The position numbers and the translations under genes are program-made. The notes under the pieces were generated by a model. That model was not told the origin of the DNA. It did not search any database and saw nothing but the letters and a program-made list of their open reading frames with translations. A stretch of DNA of 64,000 nt from Azolla caroliniana (Eukaryota > Plantae > Polypodiophyta): assembly GCA_043228905.1 (NCBI GenBank), contig JBHGNT010000001.1, positions 18,848,001-18,912,000 on the forward strand, read 5' to 3'. Below, in pieces: positions 49,801 to 60,210 of this stretch (the first letter of the stretch is position 1; every line of letters starts with the position of its first letter).

Positions 49801-50294
49801 CATGGGTTGTGTTGCCTTGGGAATCAGAAATGAGTAGGGAAGATTTACTTGCGGTTCGAATACGACAACTTCAATCAAGGATAGAAGACATAGAAAAAGC
49901 AGCTACTAGATTGAAAGAGGCAAGAATCAAGAATAAGGACAGATTTGACAAGATGAAAAGAATACGACCAAGAAAGGTGCAAGAGGGAGATTGGGTATTA
50001 GTATATGATAATAGCCTAGATAATCAATACAGTACTATTCGGAAGTTTGCAAAAAGATGGTTTGGACCTTATGAAGTTAGGAAAATAACAGATAAAGCCA
50101 CATATTTCCTCAATGAATTAGATGGGACAGAAATTTGTATCCCAATTGCAGGAAAAAGGATTAAAATATTTAAAAGGAGGGAGTCATTAGAGCCTGAATT
50201 TTATGAAGAAGTAGAAGAACTAAAAGAATCGGAAGAAGTGTTGGATGAACTCTGCACAACCAATGTGCAAGTTCAGAGGGGGTGGGTGTCGTGA
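46836..50294 (+). CDS. A3 pol (RT, RNase H, integrase), uninterrupted, in the -1 frame relative to gag
   Basis: 1083-aa ORF from 47043; the frame is open back to the slippery site at 46830. PFLDD, TVDSSPIG, NPEANGKVERGH. Confidence 0.95.
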   Translation, partial: LDRAFTGRGCDSPSIKENPINNNVNKDIPCTISSNGATFILKVNNKKIQNAFEYFKCSGLIDDDEEIQDMFEELSFEDTITHLEAMEEDNEIQVPVHSIKMYEVIEEVARKDHEAHVLTKYKTVEKKVRPIAAPLPGDSEKAIKEAATEPMIRDPRKVGHVFTPETIQGMKIGGGDFLLPAEEKQFREMLKRHGKAFAFQPEEIGCVDPEIVEPMVIFTIPHIPWNFKPIPMPRARIPQLLELLKEKIRMGILEPSNAPYSSRWFTVLKKDGRLRFIQDMQPVNKVTIRNSGVGPIVDEFAEMFAGRAIYSMGDLYSGYDQFQLAIKSRDITSIKTPIGLVRMCTLPQGATNSVAHMMNGMNKVLRDFIPHITMPFLDDVPIKGCKEEEKNEELDESGCRQFVADHIKDCEKVLSRMEEVHLTLSGAKSIFGAKEILIVGHMCGPYGRKPSPTKVNAIQNMQEECTSISEVRRFLGVCVFYCKWIPHYAHLSEPLYRLLRKGETFEWSEEHSEAMKKLKYYLAQAPPLKQPDYTRPIYLTVDSSPIGIGWVISQQDREERYPVRFGAKVLSGRQRKYAQVKRELWGIVTAVKTDRDYLIGAEVIIETDCLPILGIIANCDIPDQAMLRWCIYIRSINPEVRHISGNRNAVADMLSRARYEEEEIPDSDDEDKEQTVLTTSITREGGMQFLEEEYEDEFKEIGKYLQTPNKYKGRSGKEFAQFRKKAHKFFLYEGYLWRHPKTKTGNPQRVIGSEGQRKEIIKELHDKEWAGHRGVWATFSKIKERFWWPRYYEQIKKYVETCPTCQYYSNVKFCDELHPTYSPGVHYKWMIDLVTMPLGVGQKRYLVLAREDLTNQVEGRSLRTKGTLGVCQFILEDIVCRYGCIGKIVADRGELNSAEAQDFFDKIGIRLSLTTAYNPEANGKVERGHGPIVKALAKACRGRVSDWPKTLPYALWADRTTHSTVTGYMPAELITGQKPIMPIEEKITTWVVLPWESEMSREDLLAVRIRQLQSRIEDIEKAATRLKEARIKNKDRFDKMKRIRPRKVQEGDWVLVYDNSLDNQYSTIRKFAKRWFGPYEVRKITDKATYFLNELDGTEICIPIAGKRIKIFKRRESLEPEFYEEVEELKESEEVLDELCTTNVQVQRGWVS

Positions 50295-51025
50295 AGAATG
50301 TGCTTCACGATATAAAAATGAGCTTAAATGTTGTATTTAATAATATTTGAGAGACTTGAACCCACATCCTTATATACGATGTACAATGTACATACCACTA
50401 GGCTAGGCTATTTATTTGTAAAAGTGTATAATAAATGTGCTTCATGATATAAGAATGAAGCTATATATTGTATTAAGTAAAATTGAGGGACTTGAACCCT
50501 CAACCTTGTATATCAAGCATAAACCATACACCACTAAGCTAGGTTATTTGTTTTAAGGTTATATCCATCATTATACTTATCCCAATAAATGGGAGCTCAA
50601 ATGAGCATGATGGCTATCATGCATCACATGCAATGCATGTGCGCCAAATGGCGATCATGCATCAGATGTAACTCATGCATTACATGCATGACATTACCAT
50701 ATGCATGGAAATACTTATAAAAAGAGAGGAAAGGAAAACAAAAGGGAATCAAGGAATCAAGAGAGAGTAAAAAAATAATACAATCAATTGAAGAAGACTA
50801 GCTCATTGGGTGGAGAACCTCTCGTTTCGAAGTTGAGGTCGAGGGTTCAAATCAAGGGTCGGTATTGAAAAGATTCATCTTGCGATCAAGGATTGTAAAG
50901 TTGGTAAAATATTATATTTTTAATATACATCATGTTTATATCATATACTCTTGTTCTTTGAATCATACTTTGTCTCAATCTTCTTTCTTGAATCATACAT
51001 TGTCTCTATCTTTTATCTATGCTCG

Positions 51026-51077
<52 letters not shown>

Positions 51078-51217
51078 ATACTTGTAACTCTTCATCTTAC
51101 TATCCTTAACCATTCTATCATCACCATACAAGCCTTATTAAACTTAAGTTTCTTCAACTCCCCTTAACCTTAGTCCCCGCGACTTCGCCGCACGAACCAC
51201 AACTACCCCGACACCGT

Positions 51218-54200
51218 AACGGCACCAGATGTACTCATATAGAAACTTTGCCGTTGACGCAGCGGTGTTATCCCGTAAAGCTTTGGCCTCCACGCATTTC
51301 GTGCAATAATCCGTAGCAACGATAACGTACCGATTACCCGTTCTCATTGCCGGTGGCTTGAACGGTCCTACAAAGTCCAGCCCCCACTTTTGGAATGGCT
51401 CGAGTGGTAGTACCGGCTGGTGTGGCATACAAGCCTGCTCCGTTGGCTGGCCCATTCTCTGGCATAGGTCACATTCTTTTGCGTACCGTACCGCATCTCT
51501 TAATGTCGTTGGCCACCATAGGCCACTTTGCCATATTTTTCTGGCTGTCGCATCTCCAGCATAGTGACCTCCGGCAACTCCGCAGTGAGCTTCCCTCAAT
51601 ATCAGTTCCTTTTCATCGCTGCGCACCGCCCGTCTCCATATGCCGTCAGCTCCCTTGTGGTACAGTGTGTCTTGCAGTAAGCAGAAATGTCGGCTTTGTA
51701 CCGCCAGGCGTTTTCGTTCGTCCCGGTTCAGCTCTTCCAGAGGCAGTCCTGTGCTCAGAAACTGATGCATATTTGTGAGCCACTTGTCTTCCTGGGCTAC
51801 TGTCTCATCTGCTGCCGTCTCCGTAGTGACTCGAAACAGCTCCGCATTCGGAAACTCATCCGGTATTTCGTCACCCGTCTCTCCGGACTCCAATCGGCTT
51901 AAGTAATCTGCTACGGCATGCTGTATACCGGGTCGGTGAAATATTTCAAACTCGAACTCCTGGAACAGTAAGGTCCACCAGGCCAATTTGCCGGTGAGTG
52001 ATGCCTTGGACACCAGGTAAAGGAGTGTTGAATGATCTACATGGAAGGAAAACTTCCTTCCCAATAAATAGTGCCGAAACTTTGTCACACTGTAGATCAT
52101 TCCTAGAGCTTCCCGTTCCGTAGTAGAGTAGTTCCGTTCTGCTTGGGATAGCTTCTGGCTGGCATAGTACACTGGCCGGTACCACTTTGGTTCCGTAAGC
52201 TGCATCAGTATGCTTCCGATTGCGATGTCAGGAAAACTTCCTTCCCAATAAATAGTGCCGAAACTTTGTCACACTGTAGATCATTCCTAGAGCTTCCCGT
52301 TCCGTAGTAGAGTAGTTCCGTTCTGCTTGGGATAGCTTCCGGCTGGCATAGTACACTGGCCGGTACCACTTTGGTTTCGTAAGCTGCATCAGTACGCTTC
52401 CGATTGCGATGTCGGAGGCGTCCACGAACACGTGAAATTCTTTACTCCAATCTGGAGGTTGTACTACCGGTGCCTGCGATAATAGTACCTTGAGGGCCTT
52501 ATACGCCCTATCCTCAGTATCGGTCCACTGGAATGGTGTCCGATGTACGGTGGCATGCAACGGTGTAGCCAAGTCGGCCAAGTATCAGAGCAGCCGGCTG
52601 TGCCACCGGATCTGGCCTAAGAACCGGCTCAATGCCTTTGCCGTTGCCGGCGCCGGTGCTTCTAATATGGCTTTCACTTTGTCCGGGTCGACTGCTATAC
52701 CTTCCTGGCTTACGATATGTCCTAATAAAGTTCCACTGGACACGCCAAATACACACTTTGCCGGATTCAAGCTTAGCCGGTACGCTCTACACTTTTCTAG
52801 ACAAAGACGGAGATGCTGAAAATGGTCCTCCTCCCGGCAATAGACAGCGAAATCGTCAAGGAAAACCTGCATAAAAGCCGGTATATATTCACCAAAGTTT
52901 CCATGATGATTCTTTGAAACGTTGCCGGTGCTGTTTTGAGTCCGAACATCATCACCACGGCCACAAACACCCCTCATTCGGTGACGAATGCCGTTTTCTC
53001 TTGGTCGTCGGGGTGCATCCGGATCTGATTATATCTGCTGAATCCGTCTAGGAAGCTATAGACCTCATGGCCGGTGACGGCATCCAACACTCCATCTGTG
53101 AACGGAAGTGGAAATGCATCTGTTACCGTAGCCGCATTGAGTTTCCGGTAGTCCACGCAAACTCGAATTTTTCCGTTCTTCTTCGGTACGACTACGATCG
53201 GGCTCAGCCATGTCGCTTTCTTTACCGGACGGATAAAGCCAACTCTTAGCAGTTTGTCGATTTCTTCCTTGACCTTGGCAGCATAATTGGGATTCATTCG
53301 GTACCGTCTTTGTGCCACTGGTTTTGTGTCTTTGCTCAAGTGCACTTGATGCTGGTATAACTGAGGGTCGAGTCCTCGCATGTCTTCGTATGACCAGGCG
53401 AATACGTCGTGAAATTCCGTGAGAAGTGTTATCATCGCCGTTTTGTCTCCGGACTTCATCTCCTTGGCGATGTGCACCGGTTTTGCTTCGTCCGTGGTGC
53501 CTAAATTCACCTCTTCCAATTGCGATGCTTTCACACGCTGTGAAACGGCCATTTCCCGTTCCAATGCTTCCTGCGCTTGCCGTAACTCCCGGATTGCGTC
53601 TTTATCCGGTTCTGCTTCCGCCTCTTCCGGTTGCGGTAAGTACGGTGCTATAGCTTCGGCAATGTCAATTTCGAAGAGGGGTATGATCTTCGGGTTTTCC
53701 TGCAGGTATTGAGCTTCTTCTTCGTCTGCTAACCCTTCGAGCATGTTGACGCATTCCGCATACAACGGTGTACATTCCTTGCCAGTGCGCGTCCTTGGCT
53801 ATGTTGGTACCCGTACCTTGGCTTTTCCTTGCCGGAAGGTAAAATTATATTTTTTCGCCAATTCTGTTTAATATGTGCCATTTTCAACCATGGCCGCCCC
53901 AGCAATAGTGGGTATGCGCCTTGTGCCTGTAATTGTAGCACTACGGCCGAGATGTGAAATGTATGCCCGCCGACGGTGACTTCTAATTTCCGTATTAATC
54001 CTGTCAGCCGCACTGAGCTTGTATCGACCATCTGCAACCAGAATGGACACAGCTCCCACTCGTGGATTCCTAGGTCCTCACACGTTCGGAGGCTTATTAC
54101 ATTTACCCCAGAGCCTCCGTCTATAACTGTGTCGAGGAGTTCTTTCCCTTTTACAATGGCAGTGATTACCGGACTGCTGGTGTCTACCATTGTTGGTCCC

Positions 54201-56430
54201 TCCTCCGGATTCGAGAAGAGTACCGGTGCCGGTGATGGTTCTCCTGCCGTCATGGCCGTCTTCAGTCCTTCCGTGAATCTAGGCACGAATTGTAGGAGTC
54301 TTCCTAGTGGTAACGTAATCTGGCATTCTTGCAACGCCTGCCATGTCTCGTTCTCGGAGTGACTACCGCCGGCAAGCCCTGCGGTGTTCTCCTTTTGCTG
54401 CTGTAAGTCTGTGACATTCTCCTCGTTTGCTTTCTTTACCCATTCCGTTGCTTGTTTGCGGATGGTCTCCTGTGTCTCCCATTCTTTGGCCATGCCCTTC
54501 GATCTTGTGGTCACCTGCTGCAGGTCTGCCACCTCAGGGACTACCATATTTACCGTCGGTCGTTTTTCATAACTCTTCACCGGGCATTGGTTACTATAAT
54601 GGCCTTCCTGTCTGCAGTAGTAGCAGTAGGCTTTCCGGGCATTGCTAGATTCGGCATTGTCTGTTGTACCCGGGGCAGGTCCTACGGTACGCGCGGGGTT
54701 TTGTACCGGTTGGCTACTTGGAGCGCCTTGTTCCGGGTCCCGGGGGTAGCCACCTTTTTTAAAATGCCGTTTTTTGTTAAAGCTCTTCTTATTACGGTAC
54801 TCTTGACGGGGTTGCCCGTTATATCGGCCGTATTCCTCCCGTTGCTGACGATACCCGGGGGAGTGCTCCCGGTCGTACTGTTCGTATCGTCTATTCTAAT
54901 CCTGGTGCCGATCATGCCGGTCATAGTTATCTCGCCGATCACCGTACCGGACATCATTTTCCCGTCGCTCGCCGTACCAGACATTATTTTCCCATCGCTC
55001 GCCATACCGGACCTCATTTTCCTGTCACTCGCCATACCGGACATCCTGTGCCGGTCGGTCACGGTCCATTCGCCGCCAGCGTTCATCTTCTTCGTCCCGG
55101 CTGCTGCGTGGTTCAATTTGTCGGACGGGCGGTGCTTGCCGAGTCAACAGATTATACTCGCACCTATCCGTCGTATGGCTCTTGGACTGACAGATTACAC
55201 ATTGCGTCCTCATAGTGCATTCTAGAGCCAAGTGTCCGGAATTCAAGCAGGTTGTGCACTGTATTGCTTGCCGAAACCGGAGGTCTTCATCGGACGGTAA
55301 CGCCCGTTGAAGTGCGCCCAATGTGAGCCAGGAGCTTGTCTTTTCCATCTCTTTCACCCGGTCAATGACCTGGTCGATGGTACTTGTACGGAAATCGATT
55401 ACCGTGCAAACCGTGCGTAGGGGTTCCCGGAGTGCGTTTAGGAATATCGTTCGTAATTCCTCCTCCGGGGGTGCACGGGTAAGCTGACTATGCATCCGTT
55501 GAAACCGGATGACAAATTGGGGAATGCTCTCCCCTGCCTCTTGCCGGATAGTATAAAATAAGCCTACCATTACGGTCTGGTCCACCTCCTTTTGAAAAAA
55601 ATGCATGAATTTAGCTTTTAAATCTACAAAGGTGTTGATGGTAGACGGGTCCTGCGTCCAGCGCCATCTTGCTGCCGGTCCCTCCAATGTGACGCCAAAC
55701 TCTACTGTCTTAGAGCGTTCTTCTTCCTCTGGTGTCAGTCGCTGGGACACATGGTTGCCTTCCCATGTCTATTCAAATGCGTGCACATGAGCTTCCGCGT
55801 CCGGATCATCTCTATACTTGGAGTACTGGAACAACATGTCGTCGTCCAGTATCGGTGCGCGGGCTGGTAGTGTTGGTGCTCGTTCCGGAATTTTCTCCGA
55901 TGTCGGTGGTCTTTCCCGATTTGATTCCGGTGTCGGTTGTTTCTCTTCCGCTGGTGACGGAGGCCTCTCCTCCTCGACTTCCGGTGTCAGAGGTCGTTCT
56001 CCTTCTGCTGGTTCCGGGGGTTCCAGCGTTAGCACTTCCGGTTCCGGTTCCGGTGTCGGTAAGGTATCCGATCCTTCGTCCTCCAGTCCACCCGGGGTTT
56101 CGTTGCTGCTACGGTAGTTCGTGTGCACGCTGTATTCCCCTTCGGAGTCCGATTCATATGCTGAAAAGGCCTCTGCTTCCCCTTCTCCGTTTGCCAACGC
56201 GTGGAGAAGGGATTCGGTTTCCTGGAGGCTGCTTAGGCTGCTGCCGTCGTCCGGGTGCGATGTTTGCTGTAACCAGTGGGAGTCCTCCGCTACTCTCCGG
56301 ATTACGTTGGAAAACGAGCGATCCGCTCTAATTTCCTGCGCCGCTTGCTGGAAGGCCTCGCGTCTCCTTTGCCTTTCAGCAAGGCGTCGAGTTCGATCTG
56401 TAAACAGGTCGTGCGTTGATCTAGACATCC
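51218..56430 (-). pseudogene. Gypsy B gag-PR-RT-RH-INT(N), several frameshifts
   Basis: Retrotrans-gag-like LEGPAARW, three zinc knuckles, VIDGGSGVN (PR), VCVDYRKLN and VFLDD (RT), VDASDIAIG (RH), H..H..C..C and WGLDFVGP (INT). Confidence 0.92.
52047..52414. repeat. 184-bp tandem duplication in the B RNase H
   Basis: 52047-52230 is repeated at 52231-52414. Confidence 0.88.
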
Positions 56431-56464
56431 ATCCGTGCCGTCGTTCGCTGCAAAAACAGGAATC

Positions 56465-56474
56465 GTGGTCGCCA
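56465..56474 (-). promoter_or_regulatory. Canonical PBS of gypsy B (tRNA-Arg type)
   Basis: Element strand reads LTR-CAGTTTT-TGGCGACCAC, matching the recalled tRNA-Arg(UCG) end ...GTGGTCG-CCA. Confidence 0.7.
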
Positions 56475-57361
56475 AAAACTGTGTTAACTCTTCGGGCCGG
56501 ACAATGGCCTAACACAGGGTGTCTACGTGAGACACTTCACCAAAGGGTGTTACGGCAACCGGATTAGACTTCAACGCTTAATCCGACTTAGTTAAGTTAC
56601 TTATTAGGATCGTCTTCATAACACGCGTAAGATATACAATTAAGACAGAACGGCAATTGACATAGAGATATAACAACGCTTAAGCTTTCATCAATTAACC
56701 GCTAACTATTACATTGTATCCGGGCCTTTAAATAGGTTTCCGGTCTGTATTACAAAACGGTGCCATCCGCACCTGTTCGGGATCGGTCCGGATCCGGAAC
56801 GGCATACCGATTCCGGTCCGTCCGTCCACACTCATAGCTTAATTACAACCACATTCCTACTACTTAATTAGCTCTCCGTTTACCACTCTGGACTCCTTTG
56901 CCAGCCGGTAACAGTGAGCAACCGAGCCGGTAAGCAGTAAGGACCAGTGAGCTGGGGAGCCGGTATGCTGGATCCAATCCGTAACCGGAAGCCTAGTATA
57001 GGTTAGACTACTAGGAAGTTATAGTCTCGTAGTTAGTGTCAGATGCTCGTGTGAGCATTGAAGTACACCGTACTTCTAACAGTCCCCCGTGGACTTGTAT
57101 AAATAGCACTGATGAGCGCGTTGTAGATACAGAGCACAGAGTATTCATATAATTTTGGAAAATAGTGTGTCTTGCTCTCTCTCCCTCTCTCTGTCTCTCC
57201 CGCGTACTCTCTCTGTCTCTCTTTGTGTATTGTTTTTTCTAACGCTTCCGCAAGCAACCTTTAACATGGTATCAGAGTGCGTGGTTTGAGAACCTCTGAT
57301 GCACACATCTACGCTTGTGAAGGAAACCCTAACAGATCGGAAAACAGACACAAAAGGAGAA

Positions 57362-59316
57362 ATGGACAGAGGTATGGCTACGTCGCTCTCGGTGGAGAAG
57401 CTCGACAAAACCAACTACGCATCTTTGTCATACAAGATGCACCAGTACCTGCTTGGGCATGGCTACTGGAGTTATGTCGACGGAGTGAACAACTCAGCAC
57501 CGGAGGCGACACACAAGGACTTCCCAGTGTGGGAACAGGCGGCAAGCAGGGTAATGTACTTCTTCGCGTCCATTGTCGGTGACCAGCTTCTTAGCCATAT
57601 CCGTGACGCCAAGACACCAAAGGATGCTTGGGGAAACTTGAAAAAGGTCTTTGCCGCAAGCACCACTTCCCTGAAGCTACAACTCATACAGGAGTTGAGC
57701 AATGTTTGACAGAAGAACATGTCGGTGGCAGATTACACAGCCCGGATCAAAGGTATCTGTGACTCGCTTGCCTCTATTAACGTCACCGTAGAGGAAGACG
57801 AGATGGTTAGGGTTTGTCTTGGAGGCCTGGTGTCCAAGTTCGGAGCTTTCCGGACTGCGGTTTGTACAAGGGAGAATACGCCCTCATTTTTTGACTTACA
57901 ATCGATGCTCCTTGTAGAGGAGAACCACGTCGGTGCATCTACCAGTGCATCCCCAGACAGCCGGATGTTGTACACGGGAGTGGATCGGTCCTGCGGGCGT
58001 GGTGGACGAGGCAAGTCGGCACACAATGGAGGCGGCCGGCAAGAGCAGGAAAGAAGGCACAGTGAGCGTGCCGACAACAGTTCCGGGACTTCCACAAGTA
58101 GAGGGAGTCAAGGTGGTGCCAGAGACCGGCAAGACAAATCCGTTACGAAATGCTGGTACTGTGGAAAAAAGGGCCACAGTGAAAGCGAGTGCTGGGAATA
58201 GCATGCCGATTCAGACAAATCCGGATCCGGCAAGACTGGTAAGGAAGGCTGGCAAAGCTCGCCCTACGCAAACGGATCGGGAGGATCCAAGAACGGTAAG
58301 GGGGCCAGCCTTGGTGATGAAGCACAAGGCAAACTCAATGAAGAAGACCACTTCCAAATCGGAGGAAGTGTGGTACGTTGACTCCGGCGCATCGAACCAC
58401 ATGACGAGCCATGAGGAGTGGTTCTCCTTTTTGGAGAAGCCTGATCAACCGGGAGTTGTCGAAACCGGAGACGACACTCCCCACCCGATCGTGCACGTCG
58501 GAGAAGTCCCTTTGAGCCACATCGGACAGAGGGGGAAGCTGATGAATGTATTACATGTTCCGACAATCACGAAGAACCTGGTGTCGGTTGGACAGATCGT
58601 CGACCAAGGGATGCAGGTGCGGTTTAAGCACCTTGGGTGCTTCATTGAGGATGAGGGCGAAGTTATTGTGCAAGGGCGCAAAGATGGGAGGATGTTTATC
58701 CTCAACATCAATGACGTCGGCACTGCACTGTTCGCCAAAGGATAGAAGGTCGAGTCGGATATCGACCTGTGGCACAAGCGGATCGGCCACGTCAACTACC
58801 AGAGGCTTCAAGACCTGCAAACGGAACAAGTCGTTTTCGGTTTGCCGAAGTTTAGCGGCCGGAGAGCCCAGATTTGTGAAGCCTGCCAACTCGGGAAGCA
58901 ACACCGGCTTCCATTCCCCACCGAAAGAAATCGACGCCGTAACAAGCTCGATCTTATCCATTCAGATGTGTGGGGACCGGCACAAAATGTTAGCATTGGC
59001 GGGAGTCGATATTTCGTCTCCTTCATCGACGACTACACGCGGCATACGTGGATCTTCCTCATTGAGCGGAAGAGCGAAGTCTTCGAGTGTTTCCGGAGCC
59101 TCCAGAAGATGGTGGAACGGGAATCGGAGAGGAAGATCAAATGTCTACGGTCGGATGGCGGAAAAGAATACTTTTCCGGCCAATTCAACTGCTATTTGCA
59201 ACAAAAAGGAATTCGGCGAGAATTCAGCTGCAGATACACACCGCAACAGAACGGTGTGGCCGAAAGGAAGAGTTGGTCGTTGATTAACGCGGCTAGGGCA
59301 ATGCTGGAGGAAATGA
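57362..59316 (+). pseudogene. C5 gag-PR-integrase, truncated
   Basis: EKLDKTNY, CWYCGKKGH, WYVDSGASNHM, IHSDVWGP, QQNGVAERK. Confidence 0.9.
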
Positions 59317-59319
59317 TAC

Positions 59320-60210
59320 GTTGTTAGCAATGCGTCCTCCTCTTCCTTGCCACCACTTGGAGTGGGATTCCGTCTCGCTTCTTCAGGTGCTTCCATATGC
59401 TTCCACCTCGCAAGAAGAACCAGTATGCTTTCTTCCGGATCCGGTTGGCCTCTTCCCTCGTTCATGCCGCTCTCAACGTCATCGTCTTCAGGAACCCACC
59501 GATCAAGAGCCACTCCCCGTCATACTTGCTCTCGTTGAACTCATTAAGCATCGGGGTGCTCCCAGCCTTTGCTGTTATGCGAAGCTCTCGTTCATCGCAT
59601 TCACCGTGTGTGCCATTGAGTTTGTCCCTCCTGCGGCAGAGTACACATCCGCACTAAGCCGAGAGGTGTCCGGATTGTCATGACATCCCTGGTCTCCTCG
59701 GCTAGTTGGAACTGGTTGTACCCTGAGTATATATCCCCGACCAAATAGATCGACCTCCCAGCGAAGGCCTCTGGAAACTCATTGATAGTCGGTCCGACTC
59801 TTGCGTTCCGAATGGTCACTTTATTGACCGGTTGCAGGTCCTGAATGTAGCTCCTCCGTGGCACGCGTCGCCGCTGGTATTTTCCACCCATTCTTGGTGT
59901 TGATCGGCGACTTGCCTTTCTTGTAGAAGTCCATAGACATCAGGTTCATTTCCGAACCGTGGTCTACTAAAGCTACCACCGGCTCTTGGACCTCCCCGAT
60001 CCTAACTGGGGTCTCCGTGGTGGCTCTTGCCTAGTGCAGCTTTGAATAGTTGCTTTCCGCCAACTCGTCTTCTAGGGCCATGTCTTCTAGGTGCGTCGTT
60101 CGCACCTCCACCGGCCTCTTCGGCTCCGACTCTGTCGAAAGTCTTTTCCACTTCACCAAGCCCACGATGGAGTCATGGAATTCTTTCTTGGCAATCCCGA
60201 GCACTTCCAT
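59320..60210 (-). pseudogene. Multiply deleted fragment of an A-family gypsy (PR, RT and RH/INT pieces fused)
   Basis: EVLGIAKKEFHDSIV, IQDLQPVNKV...LPQ and the RKKAYWFFLR region are juxtaposed. Confidence 0.85.

Larger units (their letters stand above)
43759..51213 (+). mobile_element. Gypsy A3 (tRNA-Trp-primed, AT-rich subfamily), young and nearly intact
   Basis: 927-bp near-identical LTRs 43759-44685 and 50287-51213. 4-bp TSD CCGT. PBS at 44690-44706. PPT at 50275-50286. Confidence 0.95.
39326..56913 (-). mobile_element. Gypsy B (non-chromovirus, Athila/Tat-related, with extra 3' ORF), full length; hosts A3
   Basis: 432-bp LTRs 39326-39757 and 56482-56913. TSD GTGAG (39321-39325 / 56914-56918). 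All ORFs are on the - strand. Confidence 0.94.
39244..59316 (+). mobile_element. Copia C5, 3'-truncated; its 5' LTR (39244-39325 + 56919-57266) is split by gypsy B
   Basis: TGTTGAG start, LTR end TTTAACA at 57266, PBS TGGTATCAGAG at 57267-57277, then gag-PR-INT. Confidence 0.8.

Noticed and set aside
51780-51900. Additional archaeal-type RNase H in B, as in Tat elements
   Set aside because: RNase H joins the integrase N-terminal region through a short linker, leaving no room or motifs for it.
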